In this document: positions 40,201 through 49,804 of the stretch, piece after piece
Position numbering within the stretch: the stretch's first letter is position 1
Layout: every line of letters begins with the position of its first letter
DNA from: Abditibacterium sp.
Lineage (GTDB): Bacteria > Armatimonadota > Abditibacteriia > Abditibacteriales > Abditibacteriaceae
Length of the DNA: 64,000 nt
Assembly (NCBI GenBank): GCA_965246885.1
Contig: OZ251992.1
Location: forward strand, 64,001 to 128,000
Direction: 5' to 3'
Translations under genes and position numbers: made by a program
The notes under the pieces: generated by a model
Told to the model about the DNA's origin: nothing
What the model saw: only the letters and a program-made list of their open reading frames with translations
Databases searched by the model: none

Positions 40201-40993
40201 CCCTGCCCTGCTCGCGCAAGTGGCGGCCAAACGGCTGGCGGGGCAAACGCCGGGAATGCTGCTCATCAGTCAGACCTCGCTCGATTTGAACACCCTGTTT
40301 CACGCCGAGCGCGACGCCGAAGTGCAGGCCCTGCTTCCCGGCGTTGATGTATTGAACTCAGGCGGTGAACTCGTCGGCACGCCCGCGATGGCCTCGCGCG
40401 CCGTCGAAGCGGCGCACACCTTCATTCAGAAGCAAGAAAGCGACGGGCGCTACCTCAAGCAAGCGCGCACCGCGCTCGAAAGCGCGCGCCGCGCCGACTA
40501 CTTCATGCGCTTCGCGGCGCCCTCCAACCCGACCTATGCCGCGCGGCTCGCGCTGTATGTGGCGGCTCTGGCGCGGCAGGTGGAACTCATTGCGCGGAGT
40601 GAGAAGGTCTGGTATCCCGGCGTGATGCTCCGCGTGGCGCTCGACACCTCGGCCCTGCGCGCGAAGACGCCCGACAAGGAGCCGCTCGATGAGAAGTTCA
40701 ACCCGCAAGTCGCCCACAAACCGGGCGAGACGGTCGAATTGGAAATGACGGTTTACAACTGGACGAAAGCCCCGCTCGTGGGCGAAGCCCGGCCCGTCGT
40801 GCCCGCCGGATGGGTGCCCGCCCAAACCGCGTTTCCCTACTCCGTCGCGCCCAACGCCTTCCAACGCTTCACGACCACCGTCGCCATTCCAGCCGACGCC
40901 CCCAATGGCGTGTATCCGATGGGGATGGAGACCACGTACAAAGGCAGCGCGCAGCGCGAACTGCACACGCACCGCGTTTCCGTCGTTCGGTAA
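37226..40993 (+). CDS. Large secreted protein: beta-propeller region, GH39-like catalytic domain, C-terminal NEW3-like domain
   Basis: Signal peptide; propeller-like repeats (VGPDGTLY); WDAIEPKPGQW, WQFWNEPN, LNTEEG; VPAGW...IPADAPNGVY. Confidence 0.65.
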   Translation: MNFHFSRARNLAPLALLLWAASSAHAAGAVSALSVRQPITQDGGLYKTGDEVDVDYSLRSAKPVTVSVWSARPAGTGARWYADASTLLARFPVASNKAGAQHFTFKLSALKTPSVPLPGVPEAGLPHSNYKDNPEWVPGALPGRMVVEVAAGGDNVVWTPARFRPVGQVLSGSRFIDGFIHGSTHDSQGHIVAADFKNWRASRYSPDFTLEGTFPATLGGGQASVPGEAQDAFVDSHDNAYVFNASGIYKFDSQGRPAGWSDNSDYLKYPYPSEIKNVLGVRIDENAKEPKQYVFGPGGGGAGAKNYGPDAVKNPGFVFRWGGATIYKDEIYLVRAKPDPQVQVFDLAGKFARAVSLAALPADIDYLAARATPNGRLWLAASNGNVYGLNNQSGAVEKTVAVSTRTLHVGPDGTLYALEGSRVRRFNGEGQPIPFGADVPGTIEAGNALELQPAARKLPDGAPGTTKRIFSVVGNADGSFTALTNEGDNYGGGPLRALRFARNGRFLPDTVEGTALALQNGNVFVGAEAGQVGASWSNIGDTAQSVAVRATIKNLDGETIGTSEQTYAVAPRSLVWQPLSLGSIQAPGYYEINLEARSGGRVVLQQQMYGGRVPPRGHTFPAYSPFGSVRMEDEPELLRRAGGGLSRNHQPIYWDAIEPKPGQWKLAAPDTMKVYRDRYAMPAMIIMAYGEPWLEGGFPNCRIYRYDTWFDYAARVTEQHKNTALTWQFWNEPNFFWHVPGEFRYEHYAQMLQYTYAIAKAKDPETRLICDGFAGSAHDMGDLAGMGAAGWTDGVPIHYPGATTLAFDKMPINGGVETKAPMVKELAAIRDKSFPGKEILNTEEGLWGLETRTIRSGPELLARIYVSQIAAGCDRLTWFEAFSPNDPSYLLRGFDAGPYPTYFAYATASRFLENAQYVGASGEGLAQSHVFAVAGKPLVVAWSIQGERDLTLPATGALSVTDWQGNTRQVAPKSGQVTLHLGPSALFIEGVNPALLAQVAAKRLAGQTPGMLLISQTSLDLNTLFHAERDAEVQALLPGVDVLNSGGELVGTPAMASRAVEAAHTFIQKQESDGRYLKQARTALESARRADYFMRFAAPSNPTYAARLALYVAALARQVELIARSEKVWYPGVMLRVALDTSALRAKTPDKEPLDEKFNPQVAHKPGETVELEMTVYNWTKAPLVGEARPVVPAGWVPAQTAFPYSVAPNAFQRFTTTVAIPADAPNGVYPMGMETTYKGSAQRELHTHRVSVVR

Positions 40994-41038
40994 AACTTTC
41001 CGGCGGCTACTGGAGTCGAACTACACAGATATTCAATC

Positions 41039-44005
41039 ATGAAATCTCACTTTGCTTTAGCTCTTCTGGCGGGCGGCTTGTTGGCCACCGTGTCCCTTCC
41101 CTCGCGCGCGGCGGAATTGGTCATCCCCGAAAATATGGCCGTCTTGCACGCGCGGATGCCCGACAAGACTTACCGCTTTTTGGGCACCAACGCGCCCGGC
41201 CAAATCTTTTATCCCGGCGAGACGGCCAACGTCCGCCTCGCGCTCACCAAGGGCACCGATACGGGAACCGTGCGCGACTTCGCCCTTGAAATTCAAGAGA
41301 TCACCACCCGCAGCGCCGAAGGGCGCGTCCAAGCCGACGCCTTCTTTGGCTCCGTCCCGCTCATCGGACTCGAAGGCAAGCCGATCAGCGTGCCAATGAG
41401 CGTTTCTTTCGACGCGGCCAAGCCCGAAACCGAAGTGGAACTGAAAAACGTGCCCATCCCCGCCAAGTTCGGCACCTATGCGCTCGTCTTGACGCGCGGC
41501 GCGGGCGCGGCAGCGACGCGCCAATTCTTGGGCACCGTGTGCCGCGTGCCACTGCGCCGCCCCTACGGAACAATGGACAACGTGCCGACAGCGACCGACG
41601 GCGTGTTCTTCGACAATCCCGCGATAGCGAACCAGCGCGCCGCGCAAATCGGGCGCGTCGGCTTTCGCGGCTGGCGCACCGAGGGCGCGTGGTTTGAAAA
41701 GGAAGACGGCACCTACGACTGGAGCACCCTCGACCCCATCTTCAACGCCGCCAAAGCCAACGGGATGCAGGTCATGATGACGCTTTCGGGCCACCAGCCT
41801 TGGGAGATGCCGTTCAAAGAACCCATCCCCGCCATCGGCTGGACGCCACAAACCGGTGGCTACTCCGGCACGGGCGATTGGGTGACGGCGCCCGAAAACT
41901 ACCCGCGCTATGGCAAATGGATTCGCGCTTTCGCCGAACGCTACAAAGACACCCTCTGGGGCGTCGAGAACTACAACGAGCCTTGGGAAGCGGGCGGCAT
42001 TTCCGGCTGGGCACGCGACCTCAATCAATACCGCGCCCTGCAAAAGCTCATCGCCACCAACGTGCGCGCCGCTAACCCGAAGATCAAGATCGTCGGCACC
42101 TCCTCCATCATGAACACCGAGGACAAGTTCTACTCTGGCGGCGACCGCGAATACGACCAATATATTGACTCGTGGTCAGACCACTACGTCAGCCCGCCGA
42201 TGTGCTACGGCCCCCTCGTCGCCGCCGCACACGGCAAAGAAAGCCTCGAAACCGAAACGTGGTTCGTCAACTCCGAGTATCAACTGCCGCAGATTTCCCA
42301 GTTCCTCGCGTCCGGCCAAAAGCGCCTCACGCCGTATCACCCGCAGTCCCTCTTTGACGCCGTCCCCGGTGTGGACGATCGCTACCACACCCCCACGCCC
42401 GTCGTGGCGGCGTCGGCGGCGTTCAACTACTTCGTCACCGGCAAACGCTTCGAGAAGATGCCCTTCCTGAACCACCTGCCCTTCGTCTTCCAGTTCGGCC
42501 ACGACGATGACAAGACCGCCCTGCTCGTCATGTTCGGGCGCCTCATGCCCCTTCTGGGCGGCGACCCCAAGGACGACCTGTGGAGCCAAGTCAACAACGC
42601 CAAGGGCGGCACCATCACGATTGACAACCGCGACGGCTTGCTCCAGTTCTTCGACCTCGCGGGCAACCCCGCGCACGTCAAAGAAAAGAGCGTCACCTTC
42701 CCGCTTGGCATATTCCCGACCTACATCCAGTGCGCCAAGGGGCCGCGCGCCGCCGTCGAGCGCATCCGCGCCGCGCGCATTGACGGGCAGCACCCCGTCG
42801 AGATTCTGCCGCACGACTTTTCTGCCGTTCCCGGCGCGGGCGTGACGCTTTCCGTGACCCTCCACAACGCGCTCAACCGCCCCATCACCGGCAATTTGGC
42901 GGTCAAGTCCGCGAGCGTCACCTTCGCCCAAGCCACGCAACCCGTGAGTCTCGCGGCGGGGCAAAGCAAGAGCTTCAGCTTCCCCGTCCAAAACGTGACC
43001 GCGCCCGCCGATGCCGGGTCGGGCAACACCTATCCCGTCTCCTACTCGTTCACCTCTGACGCGGGCAACGCCGACTACGCCGAGGACATGAACGCGGCCA
43101 TCGCGCCCAAGCGCACCATGACCATAGACGGCAACATGGACAAGTGGAAGGACATCCCCGGCGTCACCGCCATTGGCACGCAGGACAAGATTGATCTGGG
43201 CGAACTCGCGCGCCGCCCTTGGGTTAGTCAAACGCAGGCCAACCCCAAAGCCACCGTCGCCGAAGTGAAACTGGCGTGGGACGACAACTTCCTGTATATC
43301 GCGGGCCGCGTCCAAGACCCAACCGACGATTATAAAACCGGCATTCGCAACGCGGGCAAGGACGACAACCAGTACTTCCACAACGCCGCCGATGACACCG
43401 TCGAGCCGTATAAGAGCTTCATCGAGAGGAAGCGCACCGAACTGAAAGACCCCAAGCTTTCCTTCGCGCAGGTGCCCTATGTGTGGAAGAAAAGTCCTTG
43501 GCCCGACTATGCTTGGAACCGCGACCGCTTGCAGTTCGCCTTCGATACCACCCCTGGCTGGCACGACATGAAGGGCGACTCTGACCGCGTGCCCTACGGC
43601 TTCCACGTCGTTCCCGATTCGGATTACGAGTACTCGCTTTACCTCACCAACGACGGGGGTGGCGAACTGTGGCGCCTCTTGGCCCCCGGCGTCCCGCGCG
43701 TCCATGACGTGCCGCGCCAACCGCACGCGCCCAAATTTACCGGCACGGTTCTCGGCGCCAAAGAAGTGGTCAAGCGCGACGGCAACACCTATATCTACGA
43801 AGCCGCCATTCCGCGCGCAGAGCTTGGCGAACTCAAGTTTCAAGCGGGCAGTCAGTTCGGCTTCACGTGGATGGCGGGCAACGAAAGCGGCCCCAGCGCC
43901 TACTACGGCGAAAACAAAGCCGTCACCAAGACCAACGGCCTCACACTGCACCCATATTTCAGCCGCAAGCCGAGCGCGGGCGTGCGCTGGACGCTGGTCA
44001 ACTAA
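41039..44005 (+). CDS. Large secreted protein: GH39-like domain plus CBM9-like sugar-binding domain
   Basis: Signal peptide; GTYDWSTLD, ENYNEPW, LETETW; TIDGNMDKW, KLAWDDNFLYIA, YEAAIP. Confidence 0.65.
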   Translation: MKSHFALALLAGGLLATVSLPSRAAELVIPENMAVLHARMPDKTYRFLGTNAPGQIFYPGETANVRLALTKGTDTGTVRDFALEIQEITTRSAEGRVQADAFFGSVPLIGLEGKPISVPMSVSFDAAKPETEVELKNVPIPAKFGTYALVLTRGAGAAATRQFLGTVCRVPLRRPYGTMDNVPTATDGVFFDNPAIANQRAAQIGRVGFRGWRTEGAWFEKEDGTYDWSTLDPIFNAAKANGMQVMMTLSGHQPWEMPFKEPIPAIGWTPQTGGYSGTGDWVTAPENYPRYGKWIRAFAERYKDTLWGVENYNEPWEAGGISGWARDLNQYRALQKLIATNVRAANPKIKIVGTSSIMNTEDKFYSGGDREYDQYIDSWSDHYVSPPMCYGPLVAAAHGKESLETETWFVNSEYQLPQISQFLASGQKRLTPYHPQSLFDAVPGVDDRYHTPTPVVAASAAFNYFVTGKRFEKMPFLNHLPFVFQFGHDDDKTALLVMFGRLMPLLGGDPKDDLWSQVNNAKGGTITIDNRDGLLQFFDLAGNPAHVKEKSVTFPLGIFPTYIQCAKGPRAAVERIRAARIDGQHPVEILPHDFSAVPGAGVTLSVTLHNALNRPITGNLAVKSASVTFAQATQPVSLAAGQSKSFSFPVQNVTAPADAGSGNTYPVSYSFTSDAGNADYAEDMNAAIAPKRTMTIDGNMDKWKDIPGVTAIGTQDKIDLGELARRPWVSQTQANPKATVAEVKLAWDDNFLYIAGRVQDPTDDYKTGIRNAGKDDNQYFHNAADDTVEPYKSFIERKRTELKDPKLSFAQVPYVWKKSPWPDYAWNRDRLQFAFDTTPGWHDMKGDSDRVPYGFHVVPDSDYEYSLYLTNDGGGELWRLLAPGVPRVHDVPRQPHAPKFTGTVLGAKEVVKRDGNTYIYEAAIPRAELGELKFQAGSQFGFTWMAGNESGPSAYYGENKAVTKTNGLTLHPYFSRKPSAGVRWTLVN

Positions 44006-44038
44006 GGGAACCCGCCGCGCGGCGCCGCTTGCCGATGG

Positions 44039-44073
44039 AGCGGCGTCGCGCGGTCTGCGCGCGACGCCGCTTT
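44039..44073. terminator. Hairpin at the convergence point of two operons
   Basis: AGCGGCGTCGCGCG-GTCTG-CGCGCGACGCCGCT TT. Confidence 0.65.
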
Positions 44074-46225
44074 ACGCTTCCACGATGTACACGTGGTGCC
44101 GCGCGACGGCGGCATGCCCGTCCGAGACGGCTTCCGTTCGGCCCAAAACGTCGCGCACCCGCGCGCCGGGGGCGGTAGGAAAGGTGCCATCGCGCAGTGA
44201 CCACAAAACAGTGCGCCCGCTACTGTGCCAGACGATGCCTGCGTCGTCAGGGAGGATGTGACGGGTCTGCATGGCGTCATTCACCTCGTTATAAGCGTGA
44301 AATAGGGCGAGGTGCTGCGGTTTGGGGCGGTCAACGTCGCCGCGCAAGTCACCGTAACTCCAACTTAGCTCGTTGCGTTGGATGTCCCAGAACAAGCTCC
44401 ACATTTGGCGGCAGGCGAGGCCGCGAAAGAACACGTCGTCTGCCTCGGCACCCGTCATTTCAAGGGCGGGGACATCGAAGGTGGCAATACAGTCGCTCCA
44501 CAAGGGCAAGCAGTCCAGACGCAGTTCGACGCCCGGCCCGTGCCGGTGGATGCCGAAGACGCCCAAGTCCTCGTTGCAGTACACGTAGCCAATGCCCTGC
44601 ATGTCGCGCATCAGATCGAGGTGCGCGCGGTATTGCGACAGAATGGCGGAGGGCGGCTCGACTTCGGGGCGGACGTTGCCGAGCAAATGAGTTTGGTCGG
44701 CGGTGACGCCGCTCGAACTGTTGGGCCGCGCGTTTTGCACCCAGTGGAATTTGTCGCTGGACAGGTTGAAAGAAGAGTCGAGGAAGATGCCGCCCAAGCC
44801 AACGTCCTTGCTGGCCGCGCCCCAGCGTCGCAGCCAGTAGTCGCGCACCGCCGCGTCGCGCAGGTTGAGGACGCAGAATATGGGCGTGTAGTGATCGGCT
44901 TCGATGGCGTTGGAAGCGTTGCGGACAAAGGGCGCATCAGCCCCATCGAGCGCTTCCATGACGGAGCCTTCGCGCGGCAGGAAACGGATGCGCTCGCCGC
45001 TGGGGTCGCTCGACGGAGTGCGGCTCCAGTCGAAGACCCACGAGAGAACGGAGATGGAGGTATTGCCCCACATTTCGGGGTTGGCGCCGCCCGCGCGCAC
45101 GTCGGCGCACAAGGCGCGCAGTTTGTCTTTGCCGACGGAATCGGCGACTTGGTAGTCAACGGTGCAGCACATGTTGCCCACGCCCCACGTGTTCATGTTG
45201 TTTTGGAAGTGGTTGGCGATGTAGACGGTCTTGCACCCGGCGGCGAGCAGCTTGGGGACGCCTTCGCGCCGGTAGTAGTCTATGTCGGGCGCCGTCCATT
45301 CCTCGATTTGCCCGTAGGTCGTGACGCGCTCGCGGCGCATACCGAGTTCTTTGTGCAGGGCGTCGTGAACCAGTTCGCGGACGGCGTCGTAGGCGTTGAA
45401 GCGCTCGTGCGGCGCGAGTTCGTCGGGGCAAAACAACACTTCCATCGGGGTGGTTTGGAAGTGGGCGCCCAAATCGTCGCAGTGTTCGTGGTAATGGACG
45501 AGTAACTCTTCGCCGCGCGGTTTCTCGAAGAGGGAGCGGATGTGCGCGGGGCCTACCGCCCACGTCACGAGCGTACCGGAGGGCGAGGTGGCGAAGGTGA
45601 AGCCTTGCAGTTCGGTTTGGAGCGGCAGGAACTGGAAGGCGCTGGGGTTGGCGCAGTCGGGGATATACCACTCGCTGGAGTAAGCGTCGCTCGCGTCGCG
45701 GAAGCGTTGAATCGAGGGCACGAAGCAGTTGCGCATCCAGAACTCGCTCCCGACGGCGGAGCCGCCGACTTCCCACGTTGCCCTGTCGAGGATTTTGTAA
45801 ATGGGGTAGGCGCCTTCGTAGACGTATTGGTAGGAGAAGCCGACGAAGTCGCGCCCGCCGAGAGTGCGCGAGACGGGGCGAATTTCGAGGACGAGCGAGG
45901 TGTCGGGCGCGGGTTCCGGGCCGCGCGTCCAGTCGCTCAGATTAAGGCGGGGGCGCACTTCGTGTACCATCCACTCCATCAAGCCGCCGCGCTCGACGCT
46001 CATCGAGAACTCCAAGCGGTGCCCGCCGCCGTCCAGAGTGCGCTGGGATTCAAGCCGGAAGTCGCGCATCTGCTCGCCGTTGGGCGTGCGGATGTCAACA
46101 CCCATCGGGCGGCGCGGGTTGCGGAGCGCGACATCCCCGGCATGGACGGCGCCGATGCCGAGGAAGAAGCCGTCGCGTTCGACCAGTTCGAGAGAGATGC
46201 CGTTGGGGAGGGAGATGGAGTTCAT
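44072..46225 (-). CDS. Conserved hypothetical protein, possibly a TIM-barrel glycoside hydrolase
   Basis: 718-aa ORF within the operon; LNLRDAAVRDYW...GLGGIFLDS resembles an Asp-nucleophile GH motif (inference). Confidence 0.55.
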   Translation of the reverse strand: MNSISLPNGISLELVERDGFFLGIGAVHAGDVALRNPRRPMGVDIRTPNGEQMRDFRLESQRTLDGGGHRLEFSMSVERGGLMEWMVHEVRPRLNLSDWTRGPEPAPDTSLVLEIRPVSRTLGGRDFVGFSYQYVYEGAYPIYKILDRATWEVGGSAVGSEFWMRNCFVPSIQRFRDASDAYSSEWYIPDCANPSAFQFLPLQTELQGFTFATSPSGTLVTWAVGPAHIRSLFEKPRGEELLVHYHEHCDDLGAHFQTTPMEVLFCPDELAPHERFNAYDAVRELVHDALHKELGMRRERVTTYGQIEEWTAPDIDYYRREGVPKLLAAGCKTVYIANHFQNNMNTWGVGNMCCTVDYQVADSVGKDKLRALCADVRAGGANPEMWGNTSISVLSWVFDWSRTPSSDPSGERIRFLPREGSVMEALDGADAPFVRNASNAIEADHYTPIFCVLNLRDAAVRDYWLRRWGAASKDVGLGGIFLDSSFNLSSDKFHWVQNARPNSSSGVTADQTHLLGNVRPEVEPPSAILSQYRAHLDLMRDMQGIGYVYCNEDLGVFGIHRHGPGVELRLDCLPLWSDCIATFDVPALEMTGAEADDVFFRGLACRQMWSLFWDIQRNELSWSYGDLRGDVDRPKPQHLALFHAYNEVNDAMQTRHILPDDAGIVWHSSGRTVLWSLRDGTFPTAPGARVRDVLGRTEAVSDGHAAVARHHVYIVEA

Positions 46226-46230
46226 GCGGA

Positions 46231-47241
46231 TTAAAGTTGCGAGAAGTCGAAGACCACGCCCATTGCTTCGGCGCGGCGCGTCATCAGCAGGTCGTACGCT
46301 TCGCGCGCTTGCAAGGGCGAGAAGCGGTGGGTGATGAGCGGCTCGACGTTCATCTGCCCGCGCTCCAAGAAAGAGAAGAACAGTTGCACCATGTGCGGCT
46401 TCGTCCACCACTCGCGGTCGGTGGCAACGAGCGGCGGGTAGCCATCGTGCGCGCCCACGATGGACACGCCGCGAATCATCACGTCCGATGACAGACGTTG
46501 CTCGGACGGCGTGCCCGTATCGCCGAGCAGAAGTAACTTCCCGAACCTACGCGCCAAGCCCAAAGCGGGCGAGAACACGGCGGCGTGCCCGGTCACGTCA
46601 TAGACCACATCGGCCATGCGCCCGCCTGTGATGCGCTCGACCTCGGTGCGGGCGCTGGCTACATCGCCTTGAAAAACGTGCGTGGCGCCGTGCGCGCGCG
46701 CCATCTCCAAGCGGGCGGGTGCAGTATCAATGGCGATGATGTGGCCCGCACCGAAGGTGCGCAGATACTGTACGACCAACTGGCCGAGTAGCCCTAAACC
46801 GATAACGACGACGGTGTCGCCCAACACATGCTCCGCGCGGCGCACGCCGTTCTGGACGATGGTGGCCAAGCCGAACCACGTCGCCGCTTCGTCAGACACG
46901 CCATCGGGGATAAGGATCGCCTCGCTCGCGTCATGCACGAAGAACTGGCGATGATGCCACCGGCACGCGACGCGGTCGCCGATCTTGAGGGTTTCGACAC
47001 CCTCGCCGACTTCCAACACGCGCCCCGCGTTGCTGTAGCCGGGATAGAACGGGTATTTCACCCAATCCTCCCAGTTCGTGCCCGACTCGAACAAGCGCCC
47101 CAAACAGATGCACTCGGTTCCGGTGCTAATCAGGGTGCGCGCGGTTTGGACAAGAATTTGTCCCTTGCCAAGTGGCGCGACGGGTTCTTGGCGCACTTCG
47201 ATGGCGTCTTTGCCGGTGAAAACGATGTTGTGTGATTGCAT
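46231..47241 (-). CDS. MDR-family (zinc-binding type) dehydrogenase
   Basis: LISTGTE, PGYSNAG, GLGLLGQ, LITHRF. Confidence 0.88.
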   Translation of the reverse strand: MQSHNIVFTGKDAIEVRQEPVAPLGKGQILVQTARTLISTGTECICLGRLFESGTNWEDWVKYPFYPGYSNAGRVLEVGEGVETLKIGDRVACRWHHRQFFVHDASEAILIPDGVSDEAATWFGLATIVQNGVRRAEHVLGDTVVVIGLGLLGQLVVQYLRTFGAGHIIAIDTAPARLEMARAHGATHVFQGDVASARTEVERITGGRMADVVYDVTGHAAVFSPALGLARRFGKLLLLGDTGTPSEQRLSSDVMIRGVSIVGAHDGYPPLVATDREWWTKPHMVQLFFSFLERGQMNVEPLITHRFSPLQAREAYDLLMTRRAEAMGVVFDFSQL

Positions 47242-47262
47242 GGGTTGGTTAGAAGCGCCGCC

Positions 47263-48690
47263 TCAGACGAAGCGGAAGTCGGGTGTGGCGCCGCTTGCGA
47301 GGGTTTCGTCCACGACGCGCCACATGTCGTCCTGAACGCCGCGCGCAGTGTAAAGGCCGAGCAAGGAGAATACGAGAGTCGTGTCGGCGGGCTTGCGCTC
47401 GCGGCGGATGGACGTGCGCGCCCCCCAGTCGCGGTAAACGGCGGCGAGCTTCTTTTCCTTGCCGTTGTGAGTCCAGATGCCGCCGTGATTGGAAATGTCG
47501 TTGGCGAGGGGCATGTCGAAGGTCGGCCAGTTGATGAAGCCGTTCACGTGCGGCGCGAGCGCGTCCATCAGTTGCGCGGAGTAAAAGGCGTGTTCCTCTT
47601 CGGAGCGAAAGGGCAAGTCGTTCAAAAAGCGCGACTCGCCGCCGCCATACCAGCCCCACTCTTGCAAGACGACGGGCTTGCCATAGAACTCCAAGCGGCT
47701 CATGCCGATGCAGCAGTTGCGCCAAAAGCGCCACTTCGGGCCGTCCTGCGCTACGTCGTCGAGCGGGTCGCGGTTGTATTCGGGCAAGCATTGCAACGCG
47801 GGATACGGGTGGTGGGAAATGAAGTCGAACAGGTCGTGAACGGCGCGGTTGTGAAAGCCGTTGGCCAGCCAGAGGTCTTGGTCGGGCGACAGCCACGTGT
47901 TGTTGCCCGAACACACCATGTGCCCCGGCGCGGCGGCGCGAATGACTTCGCACTGCGCTTTGCACCACGCATAGCCGCGCTCGTTGAGGTAGTGCCGCAC
48001 GTCGTTCGCGCGGGCGTCGAAGGGCGCTTCCTCGAAGTGAATCGAAGCGGGCACCTCCTCGAAACTCCCGTAGGACGCGCCGCCGTAGACGCGGTTCATG
48101 GTAGCGGCGTCGCCGTAGCGGGCGCGCAAAAAGGCGGGCCAGCCGTCCAAAAGCATGGCCCCGACGCGCGCCGCATCGGGCGAGCCGGGCGCGACCATGT
48201 GCTGAACGTCGTCGTAAAGTAGCTCGTTGCGCAAGTCCCACGCCCAAATCGCCGGATGCCCCGCGTAGTGCGCGCAAAAAGCCGCCCAGAACGCGCAGCT
48301 TTCGTCGAGGGCGCGCCCGCTATCGGCCAGCCGCTCGACATCGAACCAGTCGTTGCCGCCGATGTAGCCGCCAACGGGCATCAGATAGATGCCGTGCTTT
48401 TGCGCGAGGGCGATGAAGGTATCCCAGTTGTGCAGCCCGTCGGCGCGCATTCCGCCGCCGCCTTGCGCGTCGAAGACCTCGTTGACGCCGATGGCTTGGC
48501 GCAAACAGTTGAGGCCCAGTTCGCTCATCAACCCCAAGCGGCGGTCGCAGTCGGAAGCGTCGAAGTTTTGAAAAAGCGTGCCCTGACCGGGATGCTGGTC
48601 GTCGAGGATGTTGCCGCCGAGCGGCGAGATGAAGGCACCGTCGGAGGTTTGGAAGTTCCACCGGTCGGGCGCAACGCGGATGGGCTTCAT
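47263..48690 (-). CDS. GH5/GH42-like glycoside hydrolase
   Basis: GLNCLR, HPAIWAWDLRNE, DFISHHPYP, KPVVLQEWG. Confidence 0.75.
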   Translation of the reverse strand: MKPIRVAPDRWNFQTSDGAFISPLGGNILDDQHPGQGTLFQNFDASDCDRRLGLMSELGLNCLRQAIGVNEVFDAQGGGGMRADGLHNWDTFIALAQKHGIYLMPVGGYIGGNDWFDVERLADSGRALDESCAFWAAFCAHYAGHPAIWAWDLRNELLYDDVQHMVAPGSPDAARVGAMLLDGWPAFLRARYGDAATMNRVYGGASYGSFEEVPASIHFEEAPFDARANDVRHYLNERGYAWCKAQCEVIRAAAPGHMVCSGNNTWLSPDQDLWLANGFHNRAVHDLFDFISHHPYPALQCLPEYNRDPLDDVAQDGPKWRFWRNCCIGMSRLEFYGKPVVLQEWGWYGGGESRFLNDLPFRSEEEHAFYSAQLMDALAPHVNGFINWPTFDMPLANDISNHGGIWTHNGKEKKLAAVYRDWGARTSIRRERKPADTTLVFSLLGLYTARGVQDDMWRVVDETLASGATPDFRFV

Positions 48691-49691
48691 CCTCGGCTCC
48701 CCCGAAGCGCTGCGAAGTCGCGGAGCATCGCCACTTCGCGCGGGTTGAGCGCGCCGTCGCCCATCGGCCCGACGTTTTGGAAAAAGCTCGTGCCCAAGAT
48801 GCTGCACCGCTCGAAGTCGTCGAGTAGCCCCCCGCCCGTGCGGTAATCGTCGCGGTCGGGCTGCCAACTCCAGCCGTTTTGCGTCGCCGTCATCCACGCC
48901 ATCAAGGGCAAGTCGCCGATTTGCTCGGAGTTGAAGCCCTGCGTGTTCTGCCCCGGCAGGTCTATCTCCCATACCTGATAATCCTCGCCCGCGAGCGGCA
49001 GGACGTGGTGGTTATTGGTAATCATCGCGTCGGGTTGCAAGCCGTGTATCAGGTCGTATAGCTGCGTGAGCGGCCACCTGTTCTCGGTTTCGACATCGGT
49101 CTGCCCCTCGCTCGCTTTGGCGGCGGGCCACCAGCCATCGAACAAAAAGCCCGCGACCGGCCCGTAATTGCGGCAGAGTTCCTCGACCTGCGCCAAAAAG
49201 AACGCGCAAAAAGCCTCCCAATCGCGCGGTGGCGCGAACTCCACGCCGCCCCCGTCCGGGTGATTCCAGTCGAGAAGCGAAAAGTAAAAGTGCAAGGCCA
49301 CATCGCGCTCGTGGCAGGCACTCGCCAAATCCGCGACCAAGTCGCGCCCGACCGCCGCGCGCGTGCTTTTGAAGTCGGTGTTCGCCGAATCGAACAAGCA
49401 GAAGCCGTCGTGGTGTTTGGTCGTCACCATAAACGCCGTCGCACCCGCCTCGCAAAACGTGTCGAGCCACTCGCCCGCATCGAAGCGCGGCGCCGCGAAC
49501 CGCTCCATGCGCGCCGCGTATTGCTCGCGCGGAATCATCTCCAAGCGCCGCAACCACTCCTTCGAGCCATCGAGCGAATACAGACCCCAATGAACACTCG
49601 CGCCGAATTGGTCGCGCGCGAAGCGTTCATACGCGCGCGGCGTGGCTTGCAACTGGGCTTGCGAGGCCCATGCGTAAGGGGAAATTTGCAT
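48687..49691 (-). CDS. Alpha-L-fucosidase (GH29)
   Basis: VHWGLYS, TTKHHDGFCLF, YFSLLDW, LFDGWW, NVGP. Confidence 0.9.
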   Translation of the reverse strand: MQISPYAWASQAQLQATPRAYERFARDQFGASVHWGLYSLDGSKEWLRRLEMIPREQYAARMERFAAPRFDAGEWLDTFCEAGATAFMVTTKHHDGFCLFDSANTDFKSTRAAVGRDLVADLASACHERDVALHFYFSLLDWNHPDGGGVEFAPPRDWEAFCAFFLAQVEELCRNYGPVAGFLFDGWWPAAKASEGQTDVETENRWPLTQLYDLIHGLQPDAMITNNHHVLPLAGEDYQVWEIDLPGQNTQGFNSEQIGDLPLMAWMTATQNGWSWQPDRDDYRTGGGLLDDFERCSILGTSFFQNVGPMGDGALNPREVAMLRDFAALRGSRG

Positions 49692-49702
49692 TGTGGTGTT
49701 CA

Positions 49703-49797
49703 AGCGACTGAAGTCGCAGTCAGCAGAAACGTCGGCCTTCGCCGACAAAGCACGTCAACGAAGGTTGACGATTCCGCTGGCTGCGACTTCAGTCGCT
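49703..49797. repeat. REPIN-like inverted doublet, family 1 copy R4
   Basis: AGCGACTGAAGTCGCAGTCAGC...GTCGGCCTTCGCCGAC...GTCAACGAAGGTTGAC...GCTGGCTGCGACTTCAGTCGCT. Confidence 0.88.
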
Positions 49798-49804
49798 CAA
49801 TGTT

